DNA of 64,000 bases from assembly GCA_003427395.1 (NCBI GenBank), contig BFEA01000002.1:9227093-9291092 (forward strand), read 5' to 3'. Within the stretch, counting starts at the first letter, position 1, and each line of letters starts with the position of its first letter. The notes under the pieces were generated by a model that worked only from the letters and a program-made list of their open reading frames with translations, made no database searches and was not told the origin of the DNA. The translations under genes and the position numbers were made by a program. Shown here in pieces: positions 47,101 through 62,034 of the stretch. The DNA comes from Chara braunii. Taxonomy: Eukaryota > Plantae > Charophyceae.

Positions 47101-49245
47101 GGCCTGATTGCTACTCAACCAGTATGCGGAGCGATCAAAAACAGTTGTGGGACTACGGGCTTATTTGCTGGCCGGTGCGCTGTTCGCCTTATAGGCGGAG
47201 TTAGTCGGAGGTGAGCCACGAGGTAGTAAGCTCACCCTTAGCCAATGTGCTTGGAGTCACGAGCCTGAGAGAGAAGCGGGGTCCTTGGAAGGGGGTTGTC
47301 GCTGCAAGCTGCGAACTTGGCAAAGGACTAGTTTCGACAGTTTGACTTCGACGCTGACCAAGCCGTTGTGTCGTTCGGACGCCATTGCGGGGCCCTCAAG
47401 CGCATCGAGATAGCAAGGCCCTCTCATGCGAGTCTGAGTGCACCCCTCCTGGATCTGAGAGTCTTAAACCTTCTCCTTCTACCCTCCTTACTGTAAGTCT
47501 AGTCTTGATCTGAGAGGAAGGAGGCAGGCGGGATTGCAACCCGTAGGACCGCATCAAGACTCTGTGGGGAGTCCACCCACCGATTACGGGAGCTCTGTCG
47601 GAACTCAAGAGGAGTTTTTGAGGCAGGGAATTGACAGGTAACCATTGCTTGTCCCTCTATACACCCAAAACTATAACCTCTATCTGTATCTTTCATTGCA
47701 TCGCTGACTGAATATATGATGTGCAACCCTACTTTATTTTTTCGTTTGACTTTCAGGACACTGAACAAGACTAAGTAAAGGAACGTCTGTTCAAGTTCCA
47801 ATTTCAACTTTATTGATTGTATAAAAGCAGACTGTTAAAAGGAATTGCATCTGGGAAAGGCAGAATGGTGGGTTGTTTTGTTTGAAGGTTGACTGGGTCC
47901 TCAAGGCTGGGAGGTCCCAATAAGTTTGGGGAGACCAAGTGCTTTGTTTATTCTGGTTTGCATGGAGCAACACACCCTTCTATAAGTTTAGGGGGTCTGA
48001 TTGCTTTGGAGGCTGGAATGTCCCCATAAGTTTGGGGAGACCCAGTGCTGTGGCTTGCATGGAGGGTCAGGCTGTTCTGTAAGTTCAGGTGGCCTGGGTG
48101 CTCTGACCTGTGAGGGTTTGACTGTGTTCGATTTTCAGGAGCTCAGGGCGCTCTATAAGTTTAGGTACCCTGAGTTGCCTTGCTTCTTGGGTTTTTTTTA
48201 AGTTTCTTTGTTTCTGAACGAGGGACCCGAGCTGTTATATAAGTTCAGGCGGCTAAGTCTCTTCCTGTTTTTATTCTGAAGAAGTAATCTTTGGCAAAGG
48301 GCAGACCCTTCTGTAAGTTCAGGGGGTCTGACTCAATATCACACAGATGGTGATTCAGATAGAAATGAAATTGGCAGAGAGTTGGATCCTTCTGTAAGTT
48401 CAGGGGGTCTGGATCAAAGTCTCGCACATGCTGGAACCCAATGGCTATAACTTGGCTATATTTTACTGCTATCCTATTTAAGAATGAGTTAATCAGACTG
48501 TTCTATAAGTTTAGGTGGTCTGACTATAACCTATCACAACGTGAAGAGAGTATAATTAAAAATAAAATGGATGGTAAATTGGGGCAGACTGAAATGAAGT
48601 TAATTCAGTCATATGCAGCCTTAGAAGACAGAGGGAATGTTTGTATATATAACTTGGATATCTTAAACAGTTCAGGGGGATTAGAGTGGTCTAGTCATAT
48701 GCCCAAAGAAGAGAAAAGTAGTTGTGTCCTCTTTTTGTGTATACTCTTTGGCTAGGTCAGGCACATTCCATAAGTTTGGGTGGCCTGACTTTATGCCTTA
48801 CGTAAGTTGGGTATAAGGGGTTAAATTACTGAAAGATTATGAACTATTTGTTTGTCCAGATGAACTTGGGATGGTGAAAGTACTTATCATGTGGTTTGGT
48901 CTGCATGTGGCCTAGTGAAATTACTACTTAGTCTCAGTTTTAGTTTGATAGGTAATTGCTTTAGTCGCTCGCCATGTGCTATAGCGATAGGAATTAGTTT
49001 CAATTCCTGCATTTTCTGAGCTAAGTTTTTTTACTTAGATCAATTTTTGCATTTTCTGAGATCTTTTCTTATACTTGGCTTTGTATAAACCTTGGCAAGT
49101 TACTTTCTCTAAAGGAAGCGCTGCCGAAATTTCTACAAATCCAAGGAGTTAGTCGGATTTTGACTTGTCAAAAGTTCAACTTTGTCTTTTCTTATATCTG
49201 ACTTAGTAAAAATCTCGAAAGTCTCCTTTTCTAAAAGGAGTGCTG
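44147..49245 (+). mobile_element. TGTCG...CGACA-family element, copy D2 (right part truncated)
   Basis: GCGC|TGTCG left end similar to B. 47327-49245 is colinear with D1 1735-3665; similarity stops abruptly at ~49245. Confidence 0.75.
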
Positions 49246-51618
49246 ATTATTACATAAGCAAGAAAAGTTAGTTTGCACTCACGACAACACTAAGAAAGGA
49301 AATGTGAAGATAAACGAAGCCGTTGTGACAACCGTCAAGAGTACATTGAAAATTTTCTATCAATATAATATCTCTCGATCGAGATAAGACCGTTGTGCAA
49401 AGTTATAGGAACGTATGAAAACGCTAATTTTGTTTCAGAAATCAAACGAAAGAGGAGGTTATTCAAAGGAAGAAAATTTGTAGGTTTTTATATATTTCTT
49501 GTGTCAATGAGGAATTGATTGTTAAGGCGAGGTCTTCGGCGTGAGTGACACTACTTATCTGTAGATTTTATCCAATACTTTGACTTTTTATAACACCATA
49601 TAAATATTGAAAGCTCGTCAAATTAACTATGATATCGTAAATCATTACAATGAAGAGTGAAAAAAAAATAAAAAGAGACACGAAATGACTTGTGGAGATA
49701 TTTTCAATATGATGTGTATTTTTGTGAATTCACATGATTTTGCAGAACATATGTGTTGCAAATGTATTATATATTGCTATGTTAGTTGGGATGAATTAAC
49801 ACTTGTAACACGAATCTTCAAGTAATGGAAACTCTTCATTGTTTGATGATGTTTTTTACGTTAGGAGCACAAAAGTCATTCATGACGATGAATAAAGCAA
49901 CTCATTGTTGTTGAATAAATATCATTGTTCCAATAACAAGTGTGCAGTGTTTCTCAATTATACTCTTTGCATCAGTTAAACCACCAGTACCTTTTAAAAA
50001 TTTGGTCATTGACGACATTGGAAGTGCAGAGATGAACATGTATGCTAAGTTGTTGTATATTCATTGGAAACAAAACGTCTTGGTATTGTAGCAATGACTG
50101 GAAGGCAGCGCTCCGATTTTTTGGGATTATTGGAGGTTTAAGGGTATTCACAACAAAAAAACATAACCCTATTTACACCCTCCGATTCTTTTTGTGACAT
50201 AATGACAAAGGCATACGGTGAAACACACACACATACACATGCGCACACACATATATAGACATAAACACACACAAAGTACAACAATGATAAATGTCGAGAC
50301 GAATATATATTCATTATTATGTTGCGAGTTTCAATTATTTCTACACGATTATTTTTTTCACTGCGATATTTCAATGTTGCTCAAATGTTACACTGAGTTA
50401 GACAACAAAGGTTTGCGAATATCAGGGATATGGTAAAATCACATATGAATGAACTCATAACCGCAAGTTGAGTCAACGTGGAAATGTATCAGTCAAGTTG
50501 ATTGAGAAGTGTACTCCGGAGTTATTAACATTTCTTGTGTGAAAACAAAATTCAAAAATATTTGTTTATTAGTCAAAGTTAGAAATCAGTATATTTTAGA
50601 CAAGTATTATTACTCGATATCATCAACTGTTTTTTTGATGCAAATGTGTTCAAAATATAAATATCAAATACGCAAAGGTATTCAAAAACATAATAAAACA
50701 TTTTACATTATATTCCATTGACAACATGTATGAATGTGAAACCTCTTATTAAAATTCAAATGTGATTCGTTGATGCATTTTAGACTCACAGAACCATAAA
50801 AGGCATAAAGAATGACATAGTTATGCGTTTATTGTGAATTTGTTGTGTGCAACAACAACAGGCAAGCACATGGGCATTTAACAAGAACGCAACATACACT
50901 AAATTATACTGTTCAAATTGGGAGCGAGGTGCAAAAGAACCCCTTTCACAACATCTCACGTTATGTCTCCTTTGGAGAGGGATTAACATTTCAAAACACA
51001 AGAGATACTAAACAAAATTGTTAAAAGAGCAAAACATTTTTTCATTGTACCTCCCTTTGCCATAACGTTTTTTTAACATTTGAATAAGTGGGTGTGCAAC
51101 TACTTCAATCATTTTCTGTCTCAACAATTTATGCGAACCGTTTTTCGCCTCACACTTCAGGTTATATCCCCTTTCCCTCCCTATTCATAAAAATATTGTT
51201 GTCTTGAGCAAAATTTGCAGCCTAAGGCTGCGATATAGTGGTTTAACTCGTTTGTGTTAAAATGATACAAATATTTAAGGTGGATGACTACTATAGCGAG
51301 GATGAAACTTTGATGATAACGAATCTTTCACATTTTTACAAAGAATCGATAACTAATTGTTTGCAATACATTTATTTTTAAAATAAGAACGATCGGTGAT
51401 ATATTTTTAATTGAAATACAAGAGGGTAATTGAGCCTTGGGATAACAAAAATTTCTCAAGTCGTGTTATATTTGAATAAATCTGACAATTATAAAAAAAT
51501 ATGCATCCTGGAGACGGAAAGTTTATTATAAATTGTGAGAAAAGTGTACCATATATTTTTCACACAACAAACCACGCATAGATATATTGATATTATTGTT
51601 AAGTTTTACTCGCGATCA

Positions 51619-51690
<72 letters not shown>

Positions 51691-51863
51691 TACACACATA
51701 CACACACATACACAAACACTCATACGTATCTGTTTCTCTTTCTCTTTGTTGAATACATCGCTCGTTCGCTAACGAATACAAAACTATTTTTCTTAGTCTT
51801 TCCTCATTTTCTCTCTCTCTCTCTAGATATATATATATATATATCCATTCATCCATCTATATA

Positions 51864-51901
<38 letters not shown>

Positions 51902-52074
51902 NNNNNNNNNNNNNNNNNNNNNNNNNNNNNNNNNNNNNNNNNNNNNNNNNNNNNNNNNNNNNNNNNNNNNNNNNNNNNNNNNNNNNNNNNNNNNNNNNNN
52001 NNNNNNNNNNNNNNNNNNNNNNNNNNNNNNNNNNNNNNNNNNNNNNNNNNNNNNNNNNNNNNNNNNNNNNNNNN

Positions 52075-52143
<69 letters not shown>

Positions 52144-53589
52144 AGATGTATATGTTTGTCTTTTTTTTTTTATTGCACCGCTGTCTCTCTTTGTTGGGTG
52201 CATATTTTTTCACGCGCCAAGTTATAACTAATTTGTTACTATGTTTCTGTTATATGCATTTTACTTCACTTGCAGAGATTTAAGTCATCCATTGCTTTGT
52301 TTCTGTTGAGGGCATGTTAGGTCATATATAGAGTTTGAATTCATTTATTAAAGACCGAAGGAATGGAAGCAAAAGATAAATGTCAAATTGGAGAGAAAAA
52401 GTAAAAACTCATATGTATAAGTTATAATTCGTTATAGATTAAAAAAAAAAAATTGTTTCTGGTCACAATATCATATAATTATACGTAGAATGTTTAAATA
52501 TAAGGGTTTTGAAAAACAAACGTAGTTTTTTTTTCATTGTTTTTACCTTTTTTTAAGAACAACCGCTCATTTTTTTTCTTATTTCATTTACATTATCCGT
52601 CTTATTCTTTTTTCCTTTATTAGTAGTCCTTGCATTGACGATCATACCCCTTCGGCCCAAAGTTCCTTTATGCCCGAATGTTGCCACATCAATCATTTAA
52701 AAAATAAAACTAATCATGTAACAACTTGTTATCAAGAAAATAACATCTGCACATTATTGTGATTCATATCGTTATTTTATACTATGAACAATCTAAATAA
52801 ATATCGTAAAAAATATGAGGAAGTTTAATATATTTATAAAATATGTTTCTTTCACTTCGCGTTTTGAACAACCTTGTTCTCTGATAGAGTTAAGAGATTT
52901 AATTGATGCCAAAAAAATGTCGTTATTCAACAGTGAACATGTATGGAGACCCTATGTTATAGAATGAATTTGCCTTAAATAATCTGCTAGACAAAATATA
53001 AATCGTAAATCAATTGACAACATTATAAAAATAAAGACACTACACTGTACAACTCCTCAATAACAAAAAAAAATAGTAAAAATTAAAATGAAGTGATGAA
53101 CATTAACAATTTAAACTGTCTTAAAATGCCTATAGGAAGTAAATGCGCAATCAAATATAAAAACATACGAACAAATGAATTGAACAAGTACGAATATTTA
53201 TCTTATTCTCTTAGTTATATCATTCTCTACCATTGCAACTAAGGTGATCTCGCTGAACCAATGTTGCCCGACTCATTAGATATATGATTCATCCCATATT
53301 CTAATAAACCAGATTTTTAATGGTAGATGTGTCATGCAAAAAACTTTTGCTTATATTGGTTGTAAATAGATCTTCATTAAAGAGGTAATTCAACATATAT
53401 ATAGTCAAAAATATTGACAGGTACATTATTTTTATTGCATATGTTATCCTAGTAACGTTAGAGCACTAAGGAAAGTTCCCATAATTTCTTAAAGATTATA
53501 GATATATTGTGGTACTCAAGTGTGTGGACACGGGGTTGTTGGGTTGACCACCGTTTATTCAAAACACTGCGAGACCGACACCACAAAAA

Positions 53590-53638
<49 letters not shown>

Positions 53639-53699
53639 CCCCCCCCTCAAAACATGTATGCGTACTTGATTGTATATATGTGAGACTGAGGAGTCAAAT

Positions 53700-53736
53700 G
53701 AAATTGCATCTGTATCCCGTCGAATGCCCCCTTATT

Positions 53737-53767
<31 letters not shown>

Positions 53768-53966
53768 GAAACAAAACGAAAAAAAAAAAAAAAATAACAA
53801 ATTGCATTCGTATTCCGTCAAATGCCCCCTTTTTTTTTTCTTTCTCTTTCTCCCTCTCTCTCTCTGAAACAAAACGAAAAAAAAAAAAAAAATAACAAAT
53901 TGCATTCGTATTCCGTCAAATGCTCCCTTTTTTTTTTTTTTTTTTTTTTCCTCTTCCTCTTTCTCT

Positions 53967-54046
<80 letters not shown>

Positions 54047-54100
54047 AAAACGAAGTGAAAAGAAAAAAACAAATTTGCATTCGTATCTCGTCGAGTCCCT
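53700..54100. repeat. ~98-bp microsatellite-containing tandem repeat (AAATTGCATTCGTATTCCGTCAAATG...)
   Basis: Cores near 53700, 53799, 53897 and 54072. Confidence 0.8.
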
Positions 54101-55109
54101 CCTGATGTTTTTTATTTTTTATTTTTCCCTCTCATTGAATAACAATCATGAAACCAGGAAAAAATCAACTGCACTACACTCAAAAGTACAATAATTTTCG
54201 TTGTATATGAACTCGAAGTTGCGCTATATACAGCCATAGTGGACGTACATTTCTACTGGGAGAGACACATTGTACATGTCAGACACCTTTCTCTCTTATG
54301 GTCATAATGATCGTATGTTTTATTAAGGGGGGAACGACACTACATTACATTTCGACTTCTCTCTCTCTCTCTCTCTTTATGGGCTACATTCAGTTAAACT
54401 GGATGTTGAGTGGAAATGTGGGCAGATTCACCCAATAGAGTTGCAACACTAAACTCGGAGACGTTGGTAGAGATGGGATGCCGACTTAGATGGCATGCAG
54501 ATATGAAGGGTGTGCGTCGAAGAACACGCATGTTGGGCATACCTATAAATTTTTCTTTGTTCGTTTTTTTGGCATGAGTTTTTTTTTTTTTTTTTTAAAT
54601 CATCTTTGTCGTCAACGACTCATCCTAAGAAGGTGATATGAGCATCCTCTCATTATGATGGCTTGATCTATTAGCATGAAGCTTCAGTTACTGCAAAATG
54701 GGTCTAGCCTCCTATTAATTTAAGTAAAGTGAGGAAACCGATTTTTTGACCTCATTGATTGCCTCGTTTCGATAGGATTAATATTTATTTGCCTCACATT
54801 ATCTGTTGGGATAGTAGGCTTGAGCGTTTGTATTCACAGTCTGTAAGGTTGCGTTTATATGCCTATCATGTTATAAGAGTTGCGGTATAGTAGGCTCTAG
54901 CGTTTGTATTCGCAGTCCGTAGGGTTGCGTTTATATACCTGAGTCATTTTCGTATTTATTCATTATATCAGTCGAACGTATGAGCCCAATGGTCATTGGA
55001 AGGGTGTTAAAATTGCAGGGAGGGGCTTGTAAGGAGACAGGTAGTCCTTGCACGCGTATGACCGGTATTGGACGTTATCCTAAAGAAGAAAAAACTGAGA
55101 ATGGCGTGA

Positions 55110-57691
55110 TGTCAGAGCGAAAACCCTTATAAGGCAATTTGTTGGCGTTTTCAAAGGTTGGGCGTTGTTCAACCTTTATGAAGGAAGTTTTAAAATAGAT
55201 GACTTCATGAGATTGATGCGTCTGTCAAAAAATTATTTAAATCAGGCCTGTGATTGAAAAACCTAACAAAAAATATTGAATTTGAGCCTAAACGCTTACC
55301 GACGACCGACACTGATGGGTGGTGACAGGGGTATGAGCGGTTGTATTCCGCTTTGGCGAGGCCGTAGTGACACGGGATCATTGGAATACAAAATTTAAGC
55401 TTCTCCTACTTAAAGTAAGGACGCACGACTGCTAAATCATGAGATTCATAGCCTAAGTGACTAAAAGAGGATGATCATACTGGTTCACGAACGAGGTGCG
55501 AAGGGTATAAACCGCCTAATTTATTTCTTAATTATTATGCCTAGTAGGTCTTAAGCGGAGGGTTTTCAGCACCAAGAGTCTGCATACCTTATATTCTGAT
55601 CTACGAGACTGACACACATTCAAGACGTAGACGGGTGACCAACCTTATGAAAGAGGGAGGCAGACAATGTCTGCCAACCACAAAAGGCCAGGTTACTAGG
55701 AATACGCTTTTCATACAGAAGAGTCTCTCCTACTTCACCAGAAGCAGAAACTAGCCCAGTAGGTAGCACAGAAGACTTGCATGCAGCCGATATGGGGATC
55801 GAACCGCACCTCCGCTTATTGGGCCTAGCTCTTTTGGGAGAGGCCCCAGGGGGGGGGGGAGAAGCACTAGGACGTGGTTAATTTCAACTGCACGATCACT
55901 AAGATCGCGCGACCGAGAGTTGTCACGCAGGGTTAGCATAAAACATGCGTAAGGATGACACGCACAAGTCACAAAAAACTGTTATATTTTTTTTTCAAGT
56001 CCAATTCACCAAGAATTGAACTCATGTCTGCATATTAGCAGTTTGTGGCAATGCCAAGAGGGAAGGGGAAAAATGTTGTTGGAATAAGTGAACGGTTAGA
56101 AAAAAAAAGGAAAAAAAGAAAAGAAAAACTAAAACTAAAATTAAGAGACAGCGCCAAGTGGCGCATTATTGAGAGTCTGGCAAATGTAACTCCCAGAAGG
56201 CCTGCTACGTGCCCATTTTCACGGGCGTCAGATATTATGTTATTTATTGTATATATATATATATATATATATATTTTATGGTGTATTCTCAGATTTGTGG
56301 CCCCCTTCCAATTCAGAATGATAGGTAGCTTCGTAAAACCACGATGTAGTGGACCTGGCCAAATTCTAACAGAAGAATCATTATCATTTTGCACACTCGA
56401 GAGGGTAATGGAACGTCATGTGTCTTTTTGCACATAGATTCAAACCTAGATTTGAATTTTAACGGTTCATGGGAGCTCACCGACCCCTTGGGAATGCCCC
56501 ATTCGCCTGGTTCTAGCAAGATTCGGACTTGCGTCTATATTTCAAAAGTTCGTTGGTGCCTTATGGCACCACGAGGTGCCCTACGGCGTTGGCAAAGCTT
56601 GGAAAGGGGGGAAAACGAACAACAGTTGTGAGGGAGGCATCCTCTCTCTCGTTCACCTGGTTGCATCTGGATTCGAACTTGGGTCTGTGCTTCAACAATT
56701 TGTGAGGCACCAACAACCCCACAATAAATGGGGTAGGTATTTTTTATTTATTTATTTTTTTCTTTCTTTTTTTTCTTTCTTTTTCTATTTTTATTTCTTA
56801 CGACTCTCACTTTATTTTTATCCAGGCTCGGCTGCCCCCTTCTGAATGTACAGAAGGAAGAAAGTGGTACACGGTGAAATGTGAACCTAGCCACGAGCTA
56901 GGGAAGGTGCATAAGCGAAAGAGGTGACTGTACTGAGGGTTGTTTCACAAGGAAAGGTATAATATAACATTTCCCTGATGCATGCAACCAGAAAAAGGTC
57001 GAGGTGCTTAAAGGGTTGAAGGTTCCTAGTTCCCTTAGGGGAAAATCAACACTAGTGACCCTTGATCTTCATTTCAGATAAAAGGTTTATGAGAATCTGA
57101 ATTTTTATCTGTTGGTCAAGGCGAGGCCCATCATCCTCGAAGTTAGTATAAAAAGGCAACAACAACACTAACAAAGTTTACATTCGAAGTGGTGTTGTTC
57201 ATGCACATACTCATTTGAGCAGTAGTTGTTGTATCATTTTGGGGGAGGAGCTGCTATAGGAGTTGCGGAGAGACGCTGGAGGAAGAAAGAGACATTTGTT
57301 GATGGGGTTGCAAGGGGACTATCCTAGTCGACTGATGTCATTTCGTACGTAGGAGATCAACGCCTAAGGGAATGAAAGACATTCGGGTTCATACGATATT
57401 TTAATTGTGCATGCCTATATTACAGCAAATGAGAAAACAACCTCGGTTGACCTACCTTTGCAATTGCATCAACCGTGATAAGTACAAGTGGTGCACTTGG
57501 CTAGAGCAACGAGGTGACAATACAACCTCGTTTGTCTTAGCAGTTCGCGGGACTACACAAGCGTTTATCCCTAAGTTATCTCCTATTCTATTTTCTTTAA
57601 CTCTTGCGCGACGCAGCCTGGAGGACTCTCATCTTTCGCGAAAAAGACAGGGGTTGATGCACTCGAGAGCGCAACCCCTAAGGCCTTGACA
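55110..57691 (+). mobile_element. Old, short family member C (TGTCA...TGACA)
   Basis: Left end TGTCAGAGCGAAAACCCTTATAAGG resembles B/D2. Carries the Pol III-type RNA and a degenerate terminal module (57324-57691). No matching TSD visible. Confidence 0.55.
55746..55835 (+). ncRNA. Putative Pol III small RNA, copy in C
   Basis: AGAAAC-TAGCCCAGTAGG (A box), GGGATCGAACC (B box), CTTATTGGGCCTAGCTC pairing with the 5' end, then TTTT. Confidence 0.55.
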
Positions 57692-59769
57692 CTTCAAAGT
57701 TAATCCACTTCGTATACAACGCACATGTGTTGTATTTGAATATTTAAATCTTTAAGATGAAAAACTCTTGTATATTAATAGTTTTTTTTTCATCCTCCCT
57801 CTTAGGATAAGTCAATCATGAATCTCTAAGATAAAAAACTTTTGAATCTCGAAGATAAAAAACTCTTGTATATCCGTGCTCTTATGGTAAGTCAATCACG
57901 ATGGCGCATTTTTATAGCAGAGAACCAGCGGATAGGAGGGTTCTTTAGAGGTTTAATATGTCGGAGTACTAATCCTTCGTGTTTTTGCGGAGGACTGACA
58001 ACTATTGCTCGTAGAACCGGTATCTACGTAAATTTGAAGTATCAGTCATTAGCTTCACCTGGACCCCAACAATTAGTTTTGAGGGGGTGAACAATTTATC
58101 AAGAGTATCAAACGCACAATTATGTTATCGTGAGTATTCAAAAGTTTTGCGTCCTTGTTGCTGCATGTAGAATGTGTTTGAACTTACGGTGGACATTACG
58201 GATAATATTATGAGTTTCAGTTTAGTGAGTCGTTGCGTCTGTGTCAAGGTGGCGTGAATCTTTGTAGCGGGTGACCACTCCAAATGGGGTACAACCAGAG
58301 TGCAAGTTATGTCGTGACGGGTCCTTTGCATTTTGTAGAGGACCAATAGTTATTTGGTTGCCTCATTGAAAACTTTGAAAAGCGTAGGACTAGTTTTGCC
58401 TCACGGCATGAGGCCCACAAACAGACTGAAAGTTTTTGAACAACAATTGTTTTAGCCCGCCAGATTTTATGGTGTGATAGTTCCTAACGGGTTTGGTCAT
58501 AGAGGATCGACAACATTTTACAAAATGTTGAGAGCATCTACTGTGACGATTTTGGTAATCAAAATAATTATTGAAAAAATATGAGAAAACAGAGGAACAT
58601 AGATTGAGCAACGATTTTTCAAAACAGGAAAAAAAAATAAAAAATTATTGGGGCAAAAAAATAAAATGATGGTGATTAACGAATTCATTTTTTTTATACC
58701 CACTGCTACCTATAGACCCGCATTGTTTTGTCTCATTGAGCCAAAATCTGGAATTTGTAGCCCTAAGGTTGCGATATAGTGGGTTCTCACATCTGTGTTT
58801 ACAACTCGAAGGTTGTAATGAAACATAACTCTCTTTCTTCTTTCTCTCTCTCTCTCTCTCACTCTTTCTTCAAAAAAAAAGGAACATAAACCCTTAGATT
58901 ACGTTCCCAACGCCTCTACTATAGACAATGCAACAGATAATCCGGTCTTATACTGAAATGCAAGTCAGACCCTGGAGGGGCCAGACCGTGACAACAAGCT
59001 TCATAAACTTGAAAATCCTTTGTTTGGCCTATTGTTGTAAAGGATGTCAATTGTGGTAGGTGTTTGTAACCCATAGGGTTGCATTATCGCACTTGAGTCA
59101 TTTAGTTCGTTCACTATACCATTCGTTTTTTTTACCTTAAATTATTTTTTTTAAGGGTGTTCGAATTGTAAGCAACTTTTTTTTTCCACCTTTCTCTTTG
59201 GATAGTTTCGATTTTCATTATTCTTGGCCGGTTTTTATTTGTCACATGTTTGGGAAAAAATAAAATAAAATGGGAAGGTGATTATCTAAAAAACGAGGGG
59301 CATTGATGTCATCAAGTAACTAATTAGTAGTAGGGTGTTATTTTCGTAATCCTTATCAAAATACCGATCATCTTCTGCGTGTTATGCATCGTTGTCATCA
59401 AAACACTTATCTGGGGTGTTCAAAATTCAAGCTTTCATCACGGCGCTTCTTGCCATTGTTAAGTTGATTGTTGTCATCTTCAGAGTGTGGTGAGTTTAGA
59501 GCATCATCACGTTGCATGTTCTTAGTTATATTTTTGTTATTTTCTTCATCCTAGGGTGTTTCTCGACGTCATTTTTTTCATTAAATCATCATCATGCTCT
59601 AATCATCATTATCCTCATTATTATCATCATCATTATGAATGTTTGTAATTATATTATATTATGGTTTCCCTAAATATCTTTCTTGGTATTCTTTCAATGT
59701 TAGTTTTCTTCTTCTCCTTTTAATGTGTTAGTTAATTATTCTTGTAAGGATTAAAGGTTAGGGTTGATA

Positions 59770-60500
59770 AGGCAAAGATTTTTTTACGGGGGCATCGTAA
59801 GGCGTGGTTGATCGCCTTATAGGAAAAAAAAACAAATTTATGAAAATGTTTGAGTGTGGGGTTGTGAAAGATGTAAGGGTCGTCATCATTTAGCAACGGA
59901 GGGATACAAGGGCAAGGGTTGGGTTGATATAGACTTTAGGCGAGACTGGATGCCGAAGTGAGAGAAGGGAGAGAGAGTAAATCTGTTATAATATGATGCC
60001 GATCAAGAATATAACCCTCCTTTTTGGAGAAGGCAACAATGCGACAGACGATAGGGAGGGGGAAGGGGGGGTAATTTATTATTTCATCGTATGTTTTATT
60101 TATTATCTTCCTCCCCTCGTTCGCTAATGCTTTAGTTTTGACGAAATGGCAAGTGGTAAGAAGGGGAAAGTTTTACTTTGTAGGGGCATCACAAAGGTGA
60201 AAGGTGAATGCCTTGTAAGGAGACTCGGTGTGAGCGGACCTTGAAGAATGTTATAGTATGAGGCTGGGAGTGATGAAAGGGGTGATATTGTATCTCAGCG
60301 GTGACATATCAGGGAAAAGGGATGATTGAGACATACTTTGGAGGGGCTGTATGCCCTGATGGGAGCAAGGGAGAAAGTGGGATTGTCCCTAGTTGGGGTT
60401 GAAGAGGACTGCTCGTGATCAGGTTTGTTCTGTTCGGTGGAGGCAGCAAATGGGCAAAAGAAAAATAAGAGGGAAGGGGTGGGGGAGGGGGTAGTTTTAG
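59770..60500. repeat. Old diverged tandem duplication (~395-bp unit)
   Basis: GGGGCATC...GCCTTRTARG...GAARAATGTT..AGTRTG.GG.TG recurs near 59787 and 60182; both units end in GGGAAGGGG...GGTA.TTT. Confidence 0.5.
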
Positions 60501-61144
60501 TTTCCCTAATTACATGTTATTAGTTTTAGTTCTCTGTATCTTTTATTATTTCATATTATTCTGGCACTGGGCTTACGAGGTAAAGGTCATTTGACTTCAA
60601 AGATAGTAGTGATGTTTAGGATTGTCGTTAGCTTGGGGATTTGTCAATGGTGGAAGACAATCAAATGACCAATTGCGATCTTCTGCAGGATTTGCGATGG
60701 TGGCATGAGCAAGGCATGCCGCCAAGTTAGGTCTGGAAGATTGAACAAAATAGCTACGCTTGCTGTTGGATTACCGATAGCATCACTGAGAATAAATGGT
60801 TTGGTAGAGGTAATGGTTTCTTATAGTACATATTTTTTTTATTAGTCTCATTAGACTCTTAATTGTAGTTGGATCATCATCATCATCATCATCAAAATAT
60901 TCTCATGTATTCCTATAAGGGACGTTGAACCCGGTTCCCAGGACGTGATGCTTCCTACGAATAAATCCGAGTTTGTATGAAAATATGAAATAAAAAATAA
61001 TAATTAAAAAAAAAATGCAAGCAGAGGTCCTAGGCGGGGAAGGCAATCCTTGCACCTACATGACTTGTATTGGTCGTAATCTTAGGAAAAAGCCAAAATG
61101 GGGCGTGACACCCAGAGCCTGAAACTGAAAAAAAATAGAAAGGA

Positions 61145-61991
61145 TCCACTTCGAATAAGACATACATGCATTGTATTCGAATACAAAGCGTATGTTTTAT
61201 GGTCGAAGTTCAAAAAGGAAAAAAACACTTGTATTTGAATAGAACATTCCTCCATATTCCCCCCCCCCAGGTTAGCATCTGCCCTCGTGCTCCTGACCAT
61301 TGACACGCTGCGTGCTGCAGGGCACTCCCTCTCTCTCTCTCACTCTCTCTCACAAACACACACACATACATACACACACTCTCTCACATACACACTGACA
61401 TACTGTCACATGCACACCCCCACACTCTCTCATACATACACTCACTCCCACATACACACACAGGTGGGCACATACACACACACACACACATACTCTTGGA
61501 GCTGTGCTAGGGAACATGACAATCACATCAACAGATAAACCACATCAACAACGCACACGTGCCCTCACGATCAATTGGGCAGGGTTTGGGTATACACCCA
61601 AGTTGGCCGCTGGGGTTGGGTATATGGTGGTTTAAATGGGGTACATATGAAGTTTTCCGAAACAAATAAAATGGGCCCTTAGGGTCTGGTTCCCCGACCG
61701 CCCTCGGTTATCAATTGACTTACCGTGAGGGCATGGGTGCATAGCCCGTAGTTCGTTTGTTTATGTGGTTTGGGAAGGGTAAGGTAGTGATTATGCTATA
61801 TGTATATTTTGTCATGTTCGCTATATATAACTCGAAGAGAGTGTTAGTGCGGTCTCGATTGGTGCTTTATTGACGATGTTAATGGGACGCTGGACCCAAT
61901 TTCCAATAGGTGACGCTCCTCATCAAAAGACAAGAGAATGTATATTCATGTGCGTGTGCGTGCGTGTATGTGGGTGTGGGTGTGCATGTGG

Positions 61992-62034
<43 letters not shown>

